DNA of 63,741 nucleotides, filler included, from Octopus bimaculoides (Eukaryota), in NCBI RefSeq assembly GCF_001194135.2. It is 6 parts of 6 records of this genome, joined end to end, with 100 filler letters (N's around TTAATTAATTAA, not from the genome) between each part and the next. Parts side by side here need not be neighbours in the genome. Positions count along the whole stretch, not along the records: positions 1 to 17,274 come from NC_068994.1; 5 more parts are not named here. One strand, 5' to 3'. The position numbers and the translations under genes were made by a program. Under the pieces are notes generated by a model. It saw only the letters and a program-made list of their open reading frames with translations. It did not search any database and was not told the origin of the DNA. Within the stretch, counting starts at the first letter, position 1. Each line of letters starts with the position of its first letter. Below are positions 1-11,935 of this stretch, piece after piece.

Positions 1-27
1 TTATCCCTCTCACCTCGGCCAGCAGCA

Positions 28-72
28 CGAACGTATCCGGATTTCAGGGTTATTTCCCTTCGTCGGCGTTCG
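28..72 (-). ncRNA. Minimal type I hammerhead ribozyme-like motif (Penelope-associated type), U4C core variant
   Basis: Minus strand reads CGAACG-CCGACGA-AGGG aaataa CCCT-GAAA-TCCGGA-TA-CGTTCG: perfect 6-bp stem I, 4-bp stem II, GAAA, palindromic stem III (ATCCGGAT), AUA cleavage triplet. Core is CCGACGA instead of CUGANGA. Confidence 0.65.
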
Positions 73-906
73 ACAGCTGATGACCTTGGTGAGAGAGAAA
101 AACCTGGCAGACCTTATATCTTCTTTTCCAGTGACATTCTTCACTGATATTGAAAAGGTGAAAACAAGCAATGTTAATTCTCTAAATGAAGTATTAACAG
201 TAACTGCACGATAAAGTGTAGTATATTGCCACTTAAGTGTGGCTGACCCCTAGGGGGTCAGCCACAAAAAAGAATGTGAAATCCTCCAAACAAAGTTTTT
301 TACTCTCTTTTCTTTCCTTTTCATTTCAACTGTTTCAAGTATACTTATTTTTAAATGAGTCTAGTTTTATACTTTTTATCTCTTTCATCTTTGAATGGGT
401 GCTGTTATTCCAAAAATTGGGTCATGTGACATTAACGGGTAAATTTTCATACATTTAGAAACGTATGAATATATCTCTTCACAGAAACACATACTGAAAT
501 TAGAGATTTTGCTCAATTCTATTGTTAAGGCAGTCTTTGTGCTCACAGGTGTCTAATCTTTCAGTTTTACGGCTAAACTTTATTTGATTTTTATTTAGGT
601 TTATGAATCACCTTCTAACGATTATTAAAGATATTTTTCTTCTTTCCAATGTCTTGTGTAACATATGACTCAGCACAAAAGAAAAGGTATGAAATTACAA
701 ATTTTCAGTCAAAAAAGCCTCCAACATAATATACTTTGACTCATCATTTTATAACAATCCTATGGTAATGGAATGTAAAGGATAGCTAACATGCTATGTA
801 ACTCCTGTAACAATATTTAATGCAGAGCTACACAGTTTTAAATTGATACCTCTCCAGGTTTAATCTTGTTTTCATACCTCTAGGTGCCAATACTATAATA
901 AAAATG

Positions 907-1120
907 AGGGCAGTGAACTGGAGGAACTGTTAGCATAGTGGGCAAAATGCTTAGGGGCATTTCCTCTGTCTTTTCATCCTGAGTTCAAATTCTGCTGAGA
1001 TCAACTTTGCCTTTCATCCTTTCGAGGTTAATAAAATAAGTACTTGTTGAGCACTGGGGTTGATGTAATTGACTTACTCCCTCCCTTGGAATTGCTGGCC
1101 TTGTGCCAACATTTGAAACC
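907..1120 (+). mobile_element. tRNA-derived SINE, family X (degenerate copy)
   Basis: Shares GTTCAAATTC B-box and tail ctttgcctttcatcctttcg...aaaataagtac with copies at 7664, 13400, 20690, 32115, 61605. Confidence 0.75.
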
Positions 1121-1490
1121 AGCATTATTATAAGAATGAAGGTAATTAATTCAATCTCTACTCTCTGCAAGTTTGCCTTTATGCTTAATAGAAACCTTTA
1201 AACTAATCTCTGCCACCATTAAACATTAGTATAATAGATTTGCATAGCCCATTAAGTTCTAGAGTGTAACTGGAATAAGTTAGCTTGATAGAGCTATAAC
1301 AACAATCAGGTGCAAGCTATATTCACAGTAGGAGAAATACTCAGCACTAGCATTTGCCAATTATTCATCGTAATAATAAACAGAACTGCAAGGGATACTG
1401 GGAGTTAAAGAGATGAAAACTGAGTAGTCTTTTTGATACTGACTAATTTCAGACTGCCCTAGGCTCTATGATACAATCTTCCAGTTTTAA

Positions 1491-1965
1491 CCCTTTAGCA
1501 TTTAAACCAGCCATATCCAGCCCAAATATTCTACATGTGTTATTTTCAAACCAGCTAGATTTTGCCTCTCACATCTGCTTTACAATATCATTCTAAAACT
1601 ATACAATCACATAATCTAAATAAAAGCACATCCATTTTGGTGGCTGGTTTTTCATCGTTGGTATTTATCAAGTTATATATGATATAGGCATCCACAACTG
1701 CCATGTCCACAATTCGAATGAATATAGGCCAATACCACTTTTTAGCTCTGATTGTTGTTGCATATTTGCTGATCCACCAATCATGCTTATCGACACCTCC
1801 CATATATGTGTTGTAATTTTTGAACACATGAGGTTGAGAAACTGAATCCTTTGCTTTGCATTCCTTCAGCCAACGTTGCACTTTTTGAAGAGGTTCCACT
1901 GTATCATAATTAGTTCCAATAGTGACGCATGTATTATCAAGCCATTTTACAAAAAGAATTTCTTC
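1491..1965 (-). mobile_element. piggyBac transposase remnant joined to a TTAA-CCCTTTAGCA terminus
   Basis: ORF 1588-1899 contains YNTYMGGVDKHDWWISKYATTIRAKKWYWPIFIRIVDMAVVDAYIIY, the YN..MGGVD and KWYW motifs of piggyBac DDD transposases. TTAA at 1487-1490 is followed by CCCTTTAGCA. Confidence 0.9.
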
Positions 1966-1967
1966 AT

Positions 1968-2152
1968 TGGCGCAGGAGTGGCTGTGTGGTAAGTAGCTTG
2001 CTTACCAACCACATGGTTCCGGGTTCAGTCCCACTGCGTGGCACCTTGGGCAAGTGTCTTCTACTATAGCCTCAGGCTGACCAAAGCCTTGTGAGTAGAT
2101 TTGGTAAACGGAAACTGAAAGAAGCCCATTGTATATATATATATATATATAT
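1968..2152 (+). mobile_element. tRNA-derived SINE, family Y (5' part, runs into gap)
   Basis: ggcgcaggagtggctgtgtggtaag...gggttcagtccc head and gaaactgaaagaagccc core, repeated many times in the window. Confidence 0.85.
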
Positions 2153-2617
2153 NNNNNNNNNNNNNNNNNNNNNNNNNNNNNNNNNNNNNNNNNNNNNNNN
2201 NNNNNNNNNNNNNNNNNNNNNNNNNNNNNNNNNNNNNNNNNNNNNNNNNNNNNNNNNNNNNNNNNNNNNNNNNNNNNNNNNNNNNNNNNNNNNNNNNNNN
2301 NNNNNNNNNNNNNNNNNNNNNNNNNNNNNNNNNNNNNNNNNNNNNNNNNNNNNNNNNNNNNNNNNNNNNNNNNNNNNNNNNNNNNNNNNNNNNNNNNNTC
2401 CCATAGGAATTAGTTTATCGGTTATTTCCATTCATTGATTGTTTTTTTTTTTAAGTTACATTAGAGATCTGCAAAGGAGGAGGTTGATCTGAAGGTTTGC
2501 ATTGGGGATCTAGATTGGAGTAACTTAGGAAAACTTACCAACAGCCTTAACCAGAAAATAAGGGGCCTGTCCCTTGTAGGTTAATTTCAGTTATCTCTCT
2601 CTCTCTCTTTCTTTCTT

Positions 2618-2650
<33 letters not shown>

Positions 2651-3576
2651 TACACACACCAGCAACATTACACACACACACACACACACACATGCCAACT
2701 TCAAAATAAATCGCGCTTTCTCTATCTCTTTCGCTTTTACGACATTGTTTCCCTTTTTCCTTCGAACACTTTTTACGGAAAAGACCGATGTGATGTAAAT
2801 AAACACACGTGGGTCAAGTGACAGCTTTGGCACTGGTATCATAAGATCACCTTTTACCCATTTATATTGTGTAATTCACTGACAAATTGTTACATACCTC
2901 TTTGTTTCATTGTTGTTAAATAAATGGATTGTCAATAAAGTTTTTACATCGACGTGAAATATAAACAAAACTCTTTCGCTCCCAAAGTAGTATCTGTGTG
3001 TGTGTGTGTGTGTGTGTGTGTGAGTGAGAGGGGGAGAAAGATGAACGATTTAAAATAAATATATTTTAATTGTTGTGTGAGAAAGTATATATAATCTCAT
3101 TATAAAATATAGTGTCTTTCAAAAACATCCTATATTTGAAACTATATCTCATGTTTAAGAAAAAAAAAAAGCATTTTNNNNNNNNNNNNNACTCTGTCTT
3201 CCTTACCTACCTTTTCTTTCTCTCTCTCCTACTTTTTCTTTACTATTTTTTGCTAGACGCTGGCAAACAATCTCTATCTCTCCTTCACTCACTCTCTCTC
3301 ACACACACATACATCAACACACAATTTCCCTCTCTCTCTCTCACACGCATACTTTCACCATGGTTAGCAAACTTCAAAATTGGTAAAAGTTATGGTTGAA
3401 AATCGATTTTTACAGCTATAATGTGGGTGCCTCTGAGAGAAAAAGTTGACGAAAATGCAGATAAGGTCATGATGAATGTCCTCCTAAAATTGGAGTGACA
3501 TGCTTGCTAATTTGTGGACATGCATAAATTACATTCACGTACACACACACACACATCCTGCCTCTTATATAAACAG

Positions 3577-3611
<35 letters not shown>

Positions 3612-3665
3612 TACACACAGACAGCTTTGCACAAACACACACACACATGTCTATCTATCTATCTA

Positions 3666-3754
<89 letters not shown>

Positions 3755-3829
3755 ATGTATATATATAAGACTGATTGAAAGAGCTCATCCATGAAGATCC
3801 GTACTAATCTAAAAGGGAATTAGCCCAGC

Positions 3830-4570
3830 AGATGGGATGCTCTTATGATATTATTGTCTATTACCTTCATTCAAGAGATAAAGTCCCAAAACTTAGTGAG
3901 TGGATGTTAGACACTCTGAAAAAAAATAACAAGCTCCAGCACTCCTTTATGCCATTGGCTTGCTTGCTTGATACCAGGTTCCTCATGGATGCTAACAGAG
4001 ATTTCTTTATTACATCATTAGCAACAATGAAAAATGGCGTCTTTATATCATTATGAAGCAGTCAAAAGAATAGCTAAGTTCTGGCAAGCAAGTAACACCT
4101 TGAGTCAAGCTAGAGGTGCATCCATGCAAAACAATGATTTATGTTTGACAGGACTGGGAAGGGCTAACCCACTATGAAATGCTTGAAATCAATCACATGG
4201 TCTATGCAAAGATTTACATTCAGTAAATGCACTAGCTCAACAAGGCAGACCCTCTGAAACAACCAAAACTGTGACATGGCATGCTTCTTCAATACAACAG
4301 CACTTTCCCCCACGTTGTTGATTTGACCAAAAAAAGGTTTTTAATAGTTCAGTTGAGAAATTCTACCACACCCACCATATTCTCTTTATATGGTGCCTTC
4401 AGATTGTCTTTTTCTTCTTGGTTGCTCTCCAACAGTCTGTGAGATGTTTTGTTCAGTGTTGACCTGGGGCTGAAGATATGGCTTGATGAATTCTTATTCA
4501 AGCCAAGACCTGGTCATTTGAAAAGCTAGTGGAACAAGGGTAAGCAAGCAAGGATATTGAAGGAGAATAT
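3830..4570 (+). mobile_element. Decayed mariner (Tc1/mariner) transposase
   Basis: Interrupted translation gives KVPKLSEWM (WVPHEL region) and ILPHPPYSLYMVPSDCLF (YSPDLAPSD motif), with many stops and frameshifts. Confidence 0.8.
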
Positions 4571-4673
4571 ATTACTGGAGCTTGGTGCAGTCACTGGCTC
4601 TCTAGACCTCAGTCAAACCATCCAACCTATGCCAGCATGGAGAACAGACGCTAAACGATTATGATGATACACA

Positions 4674-4776
<103 letters not shown>

Positions 4777-5059
4777 AGATATTACAACAAAAATTTTATA
4801 TCTTCGACCAGGCCTGCAATGTTACCCATAGTTTCGCATCCACAAAGCAAAGCCTTATATCAGACTCGATATAAATACAATATTTAAAATATCTACATTG
4901 CAGATGTGAGGAAATGCTCAGAACTTGATGAATACATCTTAACAACAAAAAAAAAAAACGTTAATGAAGACGAGTTATCTCCCCTGAATCAGATGGGGTG
5001 AAAAACCTTTATAGACCTGAAGTGGCCTAACTAGCAAACAGCATAATCCAATTTTCCAG

Positions 5060-6050
5060 TAAATAGTGCCTGAAGTGGATACATTTAGAAAACACTTCTT
5101 TATGGCTGTTTAATGCACCAGGTTTCTTATAGTCCTTAAGAATTTTGGCTCTCTCCACAATGCAGATCTTGTAATGGCAACTTCCATTAATCTACGGGCC
5201 TGGATGATCAATTAATTTCCACCTGATGTCACACAGGGTCACTTGATCTTTGAGGTGCCATACATTGTGGGCCAGGTATGTGACAGACCATCTTTCTGGG
5301 ACTCTGAAGGATGACTGGTGGTTAAGAAAACGTTTCTTTAATGAAGTACTCACAAAACCAATATATTTACACACTTGGGATGCGGCCCTATCTGCCCCCC
5401 CCCTGGTAACATATGGTGTGGGGCTGGTCATCCCATCAATGTCAAAGACAAATATTTGGTCACCTTCTGAGGTGGCGGAACTGGGAATCATGGATACCTC
5501 CTCCAAGTCGTTGTTCCTGGATAGGTTATTATTTCTAGGTGCCGTATTTGTACTGGTGGTAACATACATTGCAGGCCTGGTCACTCTATGGTTTGTTCAT
5601 TATCCGTGACGGTGGTACCAGGGTCTTCCGTGATGCTCTCTCTGATGCTGGTCCTGAACTAGTTATTATAAAATGAGCAATAGGAGAATAAAGCATTGTG
5701 AATGAAGCAAGTCAACATCTTGGTGGAAGATCAGGTAATGGATTTTTCGCAGTTATTTTCTGTAATGTCTTTCATAACTTCAGTGAAGTCATATTTTCTT
5801 GTGTAGACTCAGGTGCTGTTTTATAACTGAATATTGTCTTCTGTTTTGCTCATACTACATATGAAGGTGTTTCCTAGAAAATATTGTATAAGTTGCCAAC
5901 CAAATGGACTTGAGAGTAAGATAGGGATGTAGACAGAAACAAAGGAATTGCTACAGTCACAGATCAAAGCCACGACTCAGATATGGCTCTCCAGAAGTTT
6001 TCCACCAGCTTATGGCCCAAGTATTTAAGACAAAAAAAGCCAGGAACTAA
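5060..6050 (-). mobile_element. Penelope-like element remnant (GIY-YIG endonuclease C-terminal half plus upstream linker)
   Basis: ORF 5192-5584 ends YIGFVSTSLKKRFLNHQSSFR...LAHNVWHLKD...IRWKLID. Reading through one stop gives INGSCHYKICIVERAKIL...ALNS, matching the PLE GIY-YIG C-terminus. Upstream limit is uncertain. Confidence 0.75.
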
Positions 6051-6122
6051 GCAATATTGTAAATTTTATTACAATAAATGTAAACAAACTAATGTTTGTT
6101 TCAGAAGCGTTGAAATGTGTAT

Positions 6123-6312
6123 TGTGACATACAAATAAGATGATAAATTATTTTCAAACACATAAATGCTGATAGAACAGCAAAGATTGGATAAAATATC
6201 CATACAAAGTGGAAAATTTTTTCAGCTTTGTATGGATATCTTATCCAATCCCTGCAGTTCTATCAGCATTTATGTGTTTGAAAATAAATTATCATCTTAT
6301 TTGTATCTCACA
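6123..6312. repeat. Long inverted repeat / foldback (87-bp arms, 16-nt loop)
   Basis: 6123-6209 is the reverse complement of 6226-6312 with 6 mismatches by hand alignment. Confidence 0.95.
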
Positions 6313-6426
6313 GTATTGTAAATATTTCTTCATCTGCTATTAAAAGAATCAGTTAAAAATGTGGTAAATATATATTCATTTTCAAGGATTCACAAATTTA
6401 TTGCTGTAACTCACAATAGAATTTAA

Positions 6427-6639
6427 CCCTTTAGCAAATTATTCTGCCAAATGTATTGCTTATTTATTCACATTGTTTTCAATTAAACATGCATTATCTT
6501 GTAGCTTTCAGATTTCAATATGATTGTTTATTTTTAGAATGACATTATAGGGTAGGTGTGAGAGACCAGATCTGGCCAGTTTGAACATAAAACATGTAGA
6601 GTATTTTGGCTGGATATAGCCAGTTTAAATGCTAAAGGG
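6427..6639. mobile_element. TTAA-flanked MITE, family 1 (CCCTTTAGCA...TGCTAAAGGG)
   Basis: 10-bp TIR, TTAA on the left, internal sequence shared with copies at 12989, 36931, 48575, 56671. Confidence 0.8.
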
Positions 6640-7663
6640 TTAGAGAATGGTTTCTCACCAGAAGAACCTTTTGAGACTTTCAGAACATTGAATCATACTG
6701 TCTTTCTCAGTGGCCTACATTTACCCATAGTCAGAACAGCTCCAGTTTACATACCCTTAAAACAAGGACTCATATACACTGTCACATTTTTATGCCTTTT
6801 TTCAGATCTATTGTATTTCTTTACAAAGTGGAGATAATCTCTTCTTACAACAATTGTCATTTTCATTTTTAAGAACAGTACCAATAAGGATGCACTCCTG
6901 GATACTAACATAACAAGTGAATGGATACATTTTGTCAATGTTAGATCCTTCAATGGCTTCTTTTGGGGTTTTGAAACCAAGTACAGTTCATACATATCTT
7001 ATAGATTTCTCCTGCTTTTAGTAGTTTTAAGCATTTCTTTTTATGTTGAAGCATACTGTTGGCTGCTTTTGAAATGATCTTTCAGTCTGATTGGCCATTA
7101 TTGCAGTTTACCATATTTGATAGAGCAAAAGACCCATAAAAGACTGTCAAGCATATTTGATGCACTACAATTTCAGCAACGCTTAATTAGGGAAAATGAT
7201 TTCAACCCTTTTGTTACTATATTTCTATTGAACTACATTCTCTTTATTTCAATTAATTTTGAATATAATAAAGAATTTACTAAAATATCTCAGTCATTAC
7301 TAAACTGGTAATTGGAACAAAAATGGAATTTGAATGAGTAAGTTTAATTTAGGTCACTTTATATAGAAAGTTTGTATCAAAGAAGCAGGAATAGTTGGGT
7401 GAGATGGAGACAACTTTGCATATAAAATCCAAGATGATTTTTTGAAGACAATTTTTTTTTTTTTTTTTTTTTGTAGAAAAATGCATCTTATATGTCAAGA
7501 AATGTGATATTATTTACAAAATTATGGACTGATAAATGTTACAATTTCTAATTGTAGTTGATAGGATCCATTAGTGGCCGAGTTTTTCTTTTCTTTTGTA
7601 TCAAGTTAGTGATTCTAATAATATCTAATATTGTTAATCAATATGTAATGCATGTTCAGGATA

Positions 7664-7870
7664 GTAAGCTGGCAGAATCGTTAGCATGCTGGGCAAAATG
7701 CTTAGTGGCATATTGTCCATCTTTACGTTCTGAGTTCAAATGCCGCTGAGGGTGATTTCACCTTTCATCCTTTCGGGATCAATAAAATATGTACTAGCTG
7801 GACACTGGGGTCAATGTAATCAACATTCACCTCCCCCAAACTCGCTGGCATTGTGACAAAATTTGAAACT
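7664..7870 (+). mobile_element. SINE family X
   Basis: gtaagctggcagaatcgttagca head, gagttcaaat B-box, family tail. Confidence 0.8.
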
Positions 7871-8234
7871 AATTTATAATGCTTATTGGAAAACCATGAA
7901 TAAACACCCATTGCACTTCACTCTGCTAACAAAAGAGAGATATATCTTTAATTTAATGCCTGGATTATTGTTGTAGTTCAGGCCCAGGTCAACGCTAATC
8001 AAGAAGCCCTAAGATCAGAAACATTCCAGCCTTGATCATCTTGTTTCTTGCCCTTCCTTTTTTTAGACAGTAGGCTGTGATTTGAGGGATTTGGCTGCTA
8101 TTTCTAGCAAAACAAGAACCTACAGAGACCCTCTTTGGCTTGCTTGGGTCATTATTATTGCTAGATATGTTTAGTAAACAGTGAGATAATAATAATAATG
8201 TCAAATTACTTGTTAGACACACACACACAGACAC

Positions 8235-8307
<73 letters not shown>

Positions 8308-8623
8308 GACATAGACACAGACATACATGCATATAACATACACTCTCACAAACACAAATATGGAACATAAACAGCATATTTAATATAACATATATAACAT
8401 ATACAACATATGCATACACACACACACATCATCATCATCATCATCAACATCACTGTTTCAATGTCCACATTTCCATTCTTATATGGGATCTGCCCAGATA
8501 ACTCAAGGCAGTAGAATATCAAACTTTAAAAGCTAATATCTGTCTCTCTCTTTCTGTCTATCTGTCTCTCTCTTTCTCTCTCTCTGTCTATCTGTCTATC
8601 TATCTATCTATATAGATATTGAA

Positions 8624-8669
<46 letters not shown>

Positions 8670-8950
8670 ACTTGGGGATGGTCATATTGCCAGTTTAGCC
8701 AATAAAAACACACGCACTGTATATTTGGTGTTAATTTGCTTCAGCTTTATATTACATTAATCTTAATTTTATTTCGGTCAGAGTTCTTTCGTCACACTTC
8801 TGTGACCCCATCAGTGGTCCTTTGTTTCCTTCCTTCGTATTCCTATTGTATGTGTCTACGCATGCGTGTCTTTCAATGTGTCTGTGTGTGTGTTTGTTTG
8901 TTTTTTTTGTTGTTTTTTTTTGTTTAATTAAACTTTGTTAACGTATGTAG

Positions 8951-9004
<54 letters not shown>

Positions 9005-9529
9005 TGGACACACACACATACAGTACAACATATACATATATGTATGCGTACCACATACATGTACGCCCAAACAAAAACATTCAGATGATGTTACTTACAT
9101 GTAGCTATATCAACAGGCAAATGAAAACGACAGCGACCTCTTACTTCTATGCTCTGGCACACACAGTTGTCAGCAGCTGAATGACATTCAGTGAGCAAAA
9201 CATGTGACTGCTGCTACATAGGTAAAACCTGATTGGTTTGTCCTGTGACTATTTATAGCAAAATAAACCTGACTGTGCTGCCCTTTTTTTCGCTGTAGTA
9301 GGGACAGGTTTAGGTGGTAGAAGTTGCGTTGGAGATGTTTGTATTAGGAACGGCTAATGGTATGGATAATGATTATCGGTGGTAGTTATTGATATTGTGC
9401 ATATGGATTACAGGGAGTGGTGAGGTACTGGTGGTGGTGTTGGTAGTGCTGGTGCTGGTGTGTGTGTGTGAGGAGGGTGGGTGGTCATAGGGATGTTTAT
9501 TTCAAACGTAGAAGTATTGACTATTGATT

Positions 9530-10025
9530 TTTAACTGGTTTCAGTCATTTGACTGTGGCCATGCTGGGGCACTACCTTGAAGAGTTTTTAGTTGAACAGA
9601 GTTATTTCTTTTAAAGCTTGGTACTTATTCTATCGGTCTCTTTTGCTAAACTGTTAAGTTACGGGGGGCATACACATGCCAACACTGGTTGTCAAGCGGT
9701 GGGGCAGGAAGACAAACACAGAAACAAACATACACACACACACAAACATACACACACACACAAACATACATACACACACAAACATACACACACACACAAA
9801 CATACACACACACAAACATACACACACACACAAACATACACACAAATACAAACATACACACACACACACTGAGCTTCTTTCAGTTTTCATCTACCAAATC
9901 CACTCACAAGGATTTGTTTGGCCCAAGGCTATAGTAGAAGACACTTGCCCAAGGTGTCATGCAGTGGGACTGAACCTGGAACCATGTACTTGGGAAGCAA
10001 GCTTTTTACCACACAGCCATGCCTG
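9530..10025 (-). mobile_element. SINE family Y with internal (CACACAAACATA)n expansion
   Basis: Family Y head at the right end, tail cagtcatttgactg at the left, CA-rich microsatellite between them. Source of the spurious HTHT/CVCV ORFs. Confidence 0.8.
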
Positions 10026-10184
10026 ATTCATTTCAGTTCATTCATGTTAAAATGTATTAACAGATAAAGCAATGATTCTGCCTAACATTACTCTTGGTTC
10101 TACGACACAATCTTACCGTTTTAAAGTTATCAAAATTAAAACTTCCAATAAATTTTAGGTCAAGTATCACTCCAAATTGTGAAG

Positions 10185-10525
10185 GTGCATTGATCAGTGG
10201 TTAGAACAATGGACTCACAATCATGAGGTAGTGAGTTTGACTTCCAGACCGGGCTGTGTGTTGCGTTCTTCTGCAAAACACTTTATTTCAAGTTGCTCCA
10301 GTTCACGCAACTGTAAAAATGAGTTGCGATGTCACTGGTGCCAAGCTGTATTGGCCTTTACTTTTCCCTTGGATAAAATCAGTAGCATGGAGAGCGGAGT
10401 CTGATATACATGGGCAACTGTTGGTCTTCTATGAACAACCTTATCTGGTATCTGGGCTTGTGCCTTGGAGGGAAACTTTCTGGGTTCAGTCCCATGGTCA
10501 TTCATGACCGAAGGGGGTCTTTACC
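10185..10525 (+). mobile_element. Degenerate SINE related to family Z
   Basis: tcagtggttagaacaatggactc...gtttgacttccagaccggg head. Related tails at 51995-52180 and 53900-54090 on the minus strand. Confidence 0.6.
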
Positions 10526-10759
10526 CCTTACTTTTATTGCTCCAAATACCAGCTTAATAATGACAGTTATTTAACTGAATTCTTTGTAATTTTCAAAATC
10601 AACTGAAACGAAGACAGTGTAGTTCAACAGAAATATGGTGATAAAAGGATTAAACATTTCTGTTTGAGGTTATGTGACAAAAGACCAAATTTGGCTGCAG
10701 ATATCAAGAACCACTTGTGGCTTTTGTAGCTGAAACAACATAACAAAAACAATAACAGC

Positions 10760-11370
10760 AAAATAGCTGTGGGGTAAGAAGCTGACTTCACAACCACATG
10801 GTTTCAGGTTCAGTCCCAATGCATGGTATCTTGGACAAGTGTCTTCCACTATAGCCATGGGACAACCAAAGTCTTGTGAGTAGATTTGGTAGGTGGAAAC
10901 TGAAAGAAGCCTATTGTGTGTGTGTATGTGTGTGTGTGCATGCTTCTATGTCTGTGTTTGGGTTTGTGCCCCACCACCACTAAGTAAAAGGTGTTGGTTT
11001 GTTTACATCCCTGTAATTTAGTGGTTCTGCAAAAAGATCCTGATAAAATAAGTGCCTCCTATGTATCAAAGGACCCACAAGTCCTTTCACACACACATAT
11101 CCACACAACAGTAGTTCTACCAACCAAATTCACTCACAAGGCATTGGTTGACCTAAGGCTGTGTAGCAGAAGACACTTGCCCAAGACACCATGCAGTGGG
11201 ACTGAACCTAAAGCCATGTGATTGAGAACGAAGCCTCCTATCTATATAGCTATGCCTGCAAGGCTTAAAAATAAGTACTGGGGTTGATTTGTTCAAGTAA
11301 ACCCTTCAAGGTGGTGCTCCAGCATGGTCACAGTCCAATGACTGAAACAAGTAAAAGATAAAAGACAAAG
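10760..11370. mobile_element. Cluster of family Y SINE pieces in both orientations
   Basis: Plus head at about 10765, minus head at about 11110-11235, tail at 11260-11370. Confidence 0.7.
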
Positions 11371-11376
11371 ATAATC

Positions 11377-11935
11377 TTACTATAATGGGCATTACGTCCG
11401 TCTGTCCGTCTGTCTGTCTGTTCCCTCTTCATGGTCAAATGGCTGAACCGATGGTCATGATGTTTTTCAGGATAACAAAGGAGGTAATCAGGAAGGTTTT
11501 TAGGGGAAAAAATGCGGAAAAGTATGATTATTGAGTTTTGTATTAATAAATCACCTTTGATTTTTTTGGTTAAAATTCCGCCAACAAGGATTAACGTTGG
11601 ATTTCCCCCTTGTATAGTTTGTGAATTTAGAGGGTTTAGATTTGCGATACTATCCCTTTATTTTGCATCGTAGATGGGCAAATTTGTTATCTTACTATAA
11701 TGGATGTTATGTCTATCTGTCTGTCTGTCGCATTTTTATTAAAAATTCATCAACCTCAAGTAACTCTGAATTTTCGTCATATAGTTTGTGGCCCCATCAT
11801 AGGTACGAAGGGGATCACAAGAACAATTAATAGCAAAAATAAAATGGTAAAAATGTGTGTCAGTATATAGAGTATATAGTATGTTTGATTATTGAAGCGT
11901 GTCAGTCTTGAGCAGGATTTGAAATGACTAATTAA
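11377..11935 (+). mobile_element. Probable Helentron-associated non-autonomous element (HINE/DINE-1-like)
   Basis: Two starts cttactataatgg (11377, 11690), each followed by a GTCT/GTCC microsatellite, which is the HINE/DINE-1 hallmark. 3' hairpin not clearly preserved. Confidence 0.45.

Noticed and set aside
6750-7080. Minus-frame LGFKTPKEA...YPFTC resembling an LTR integrase tail
   Set aside because: Similarity is too weak, with no other retroviral motifs nearby.
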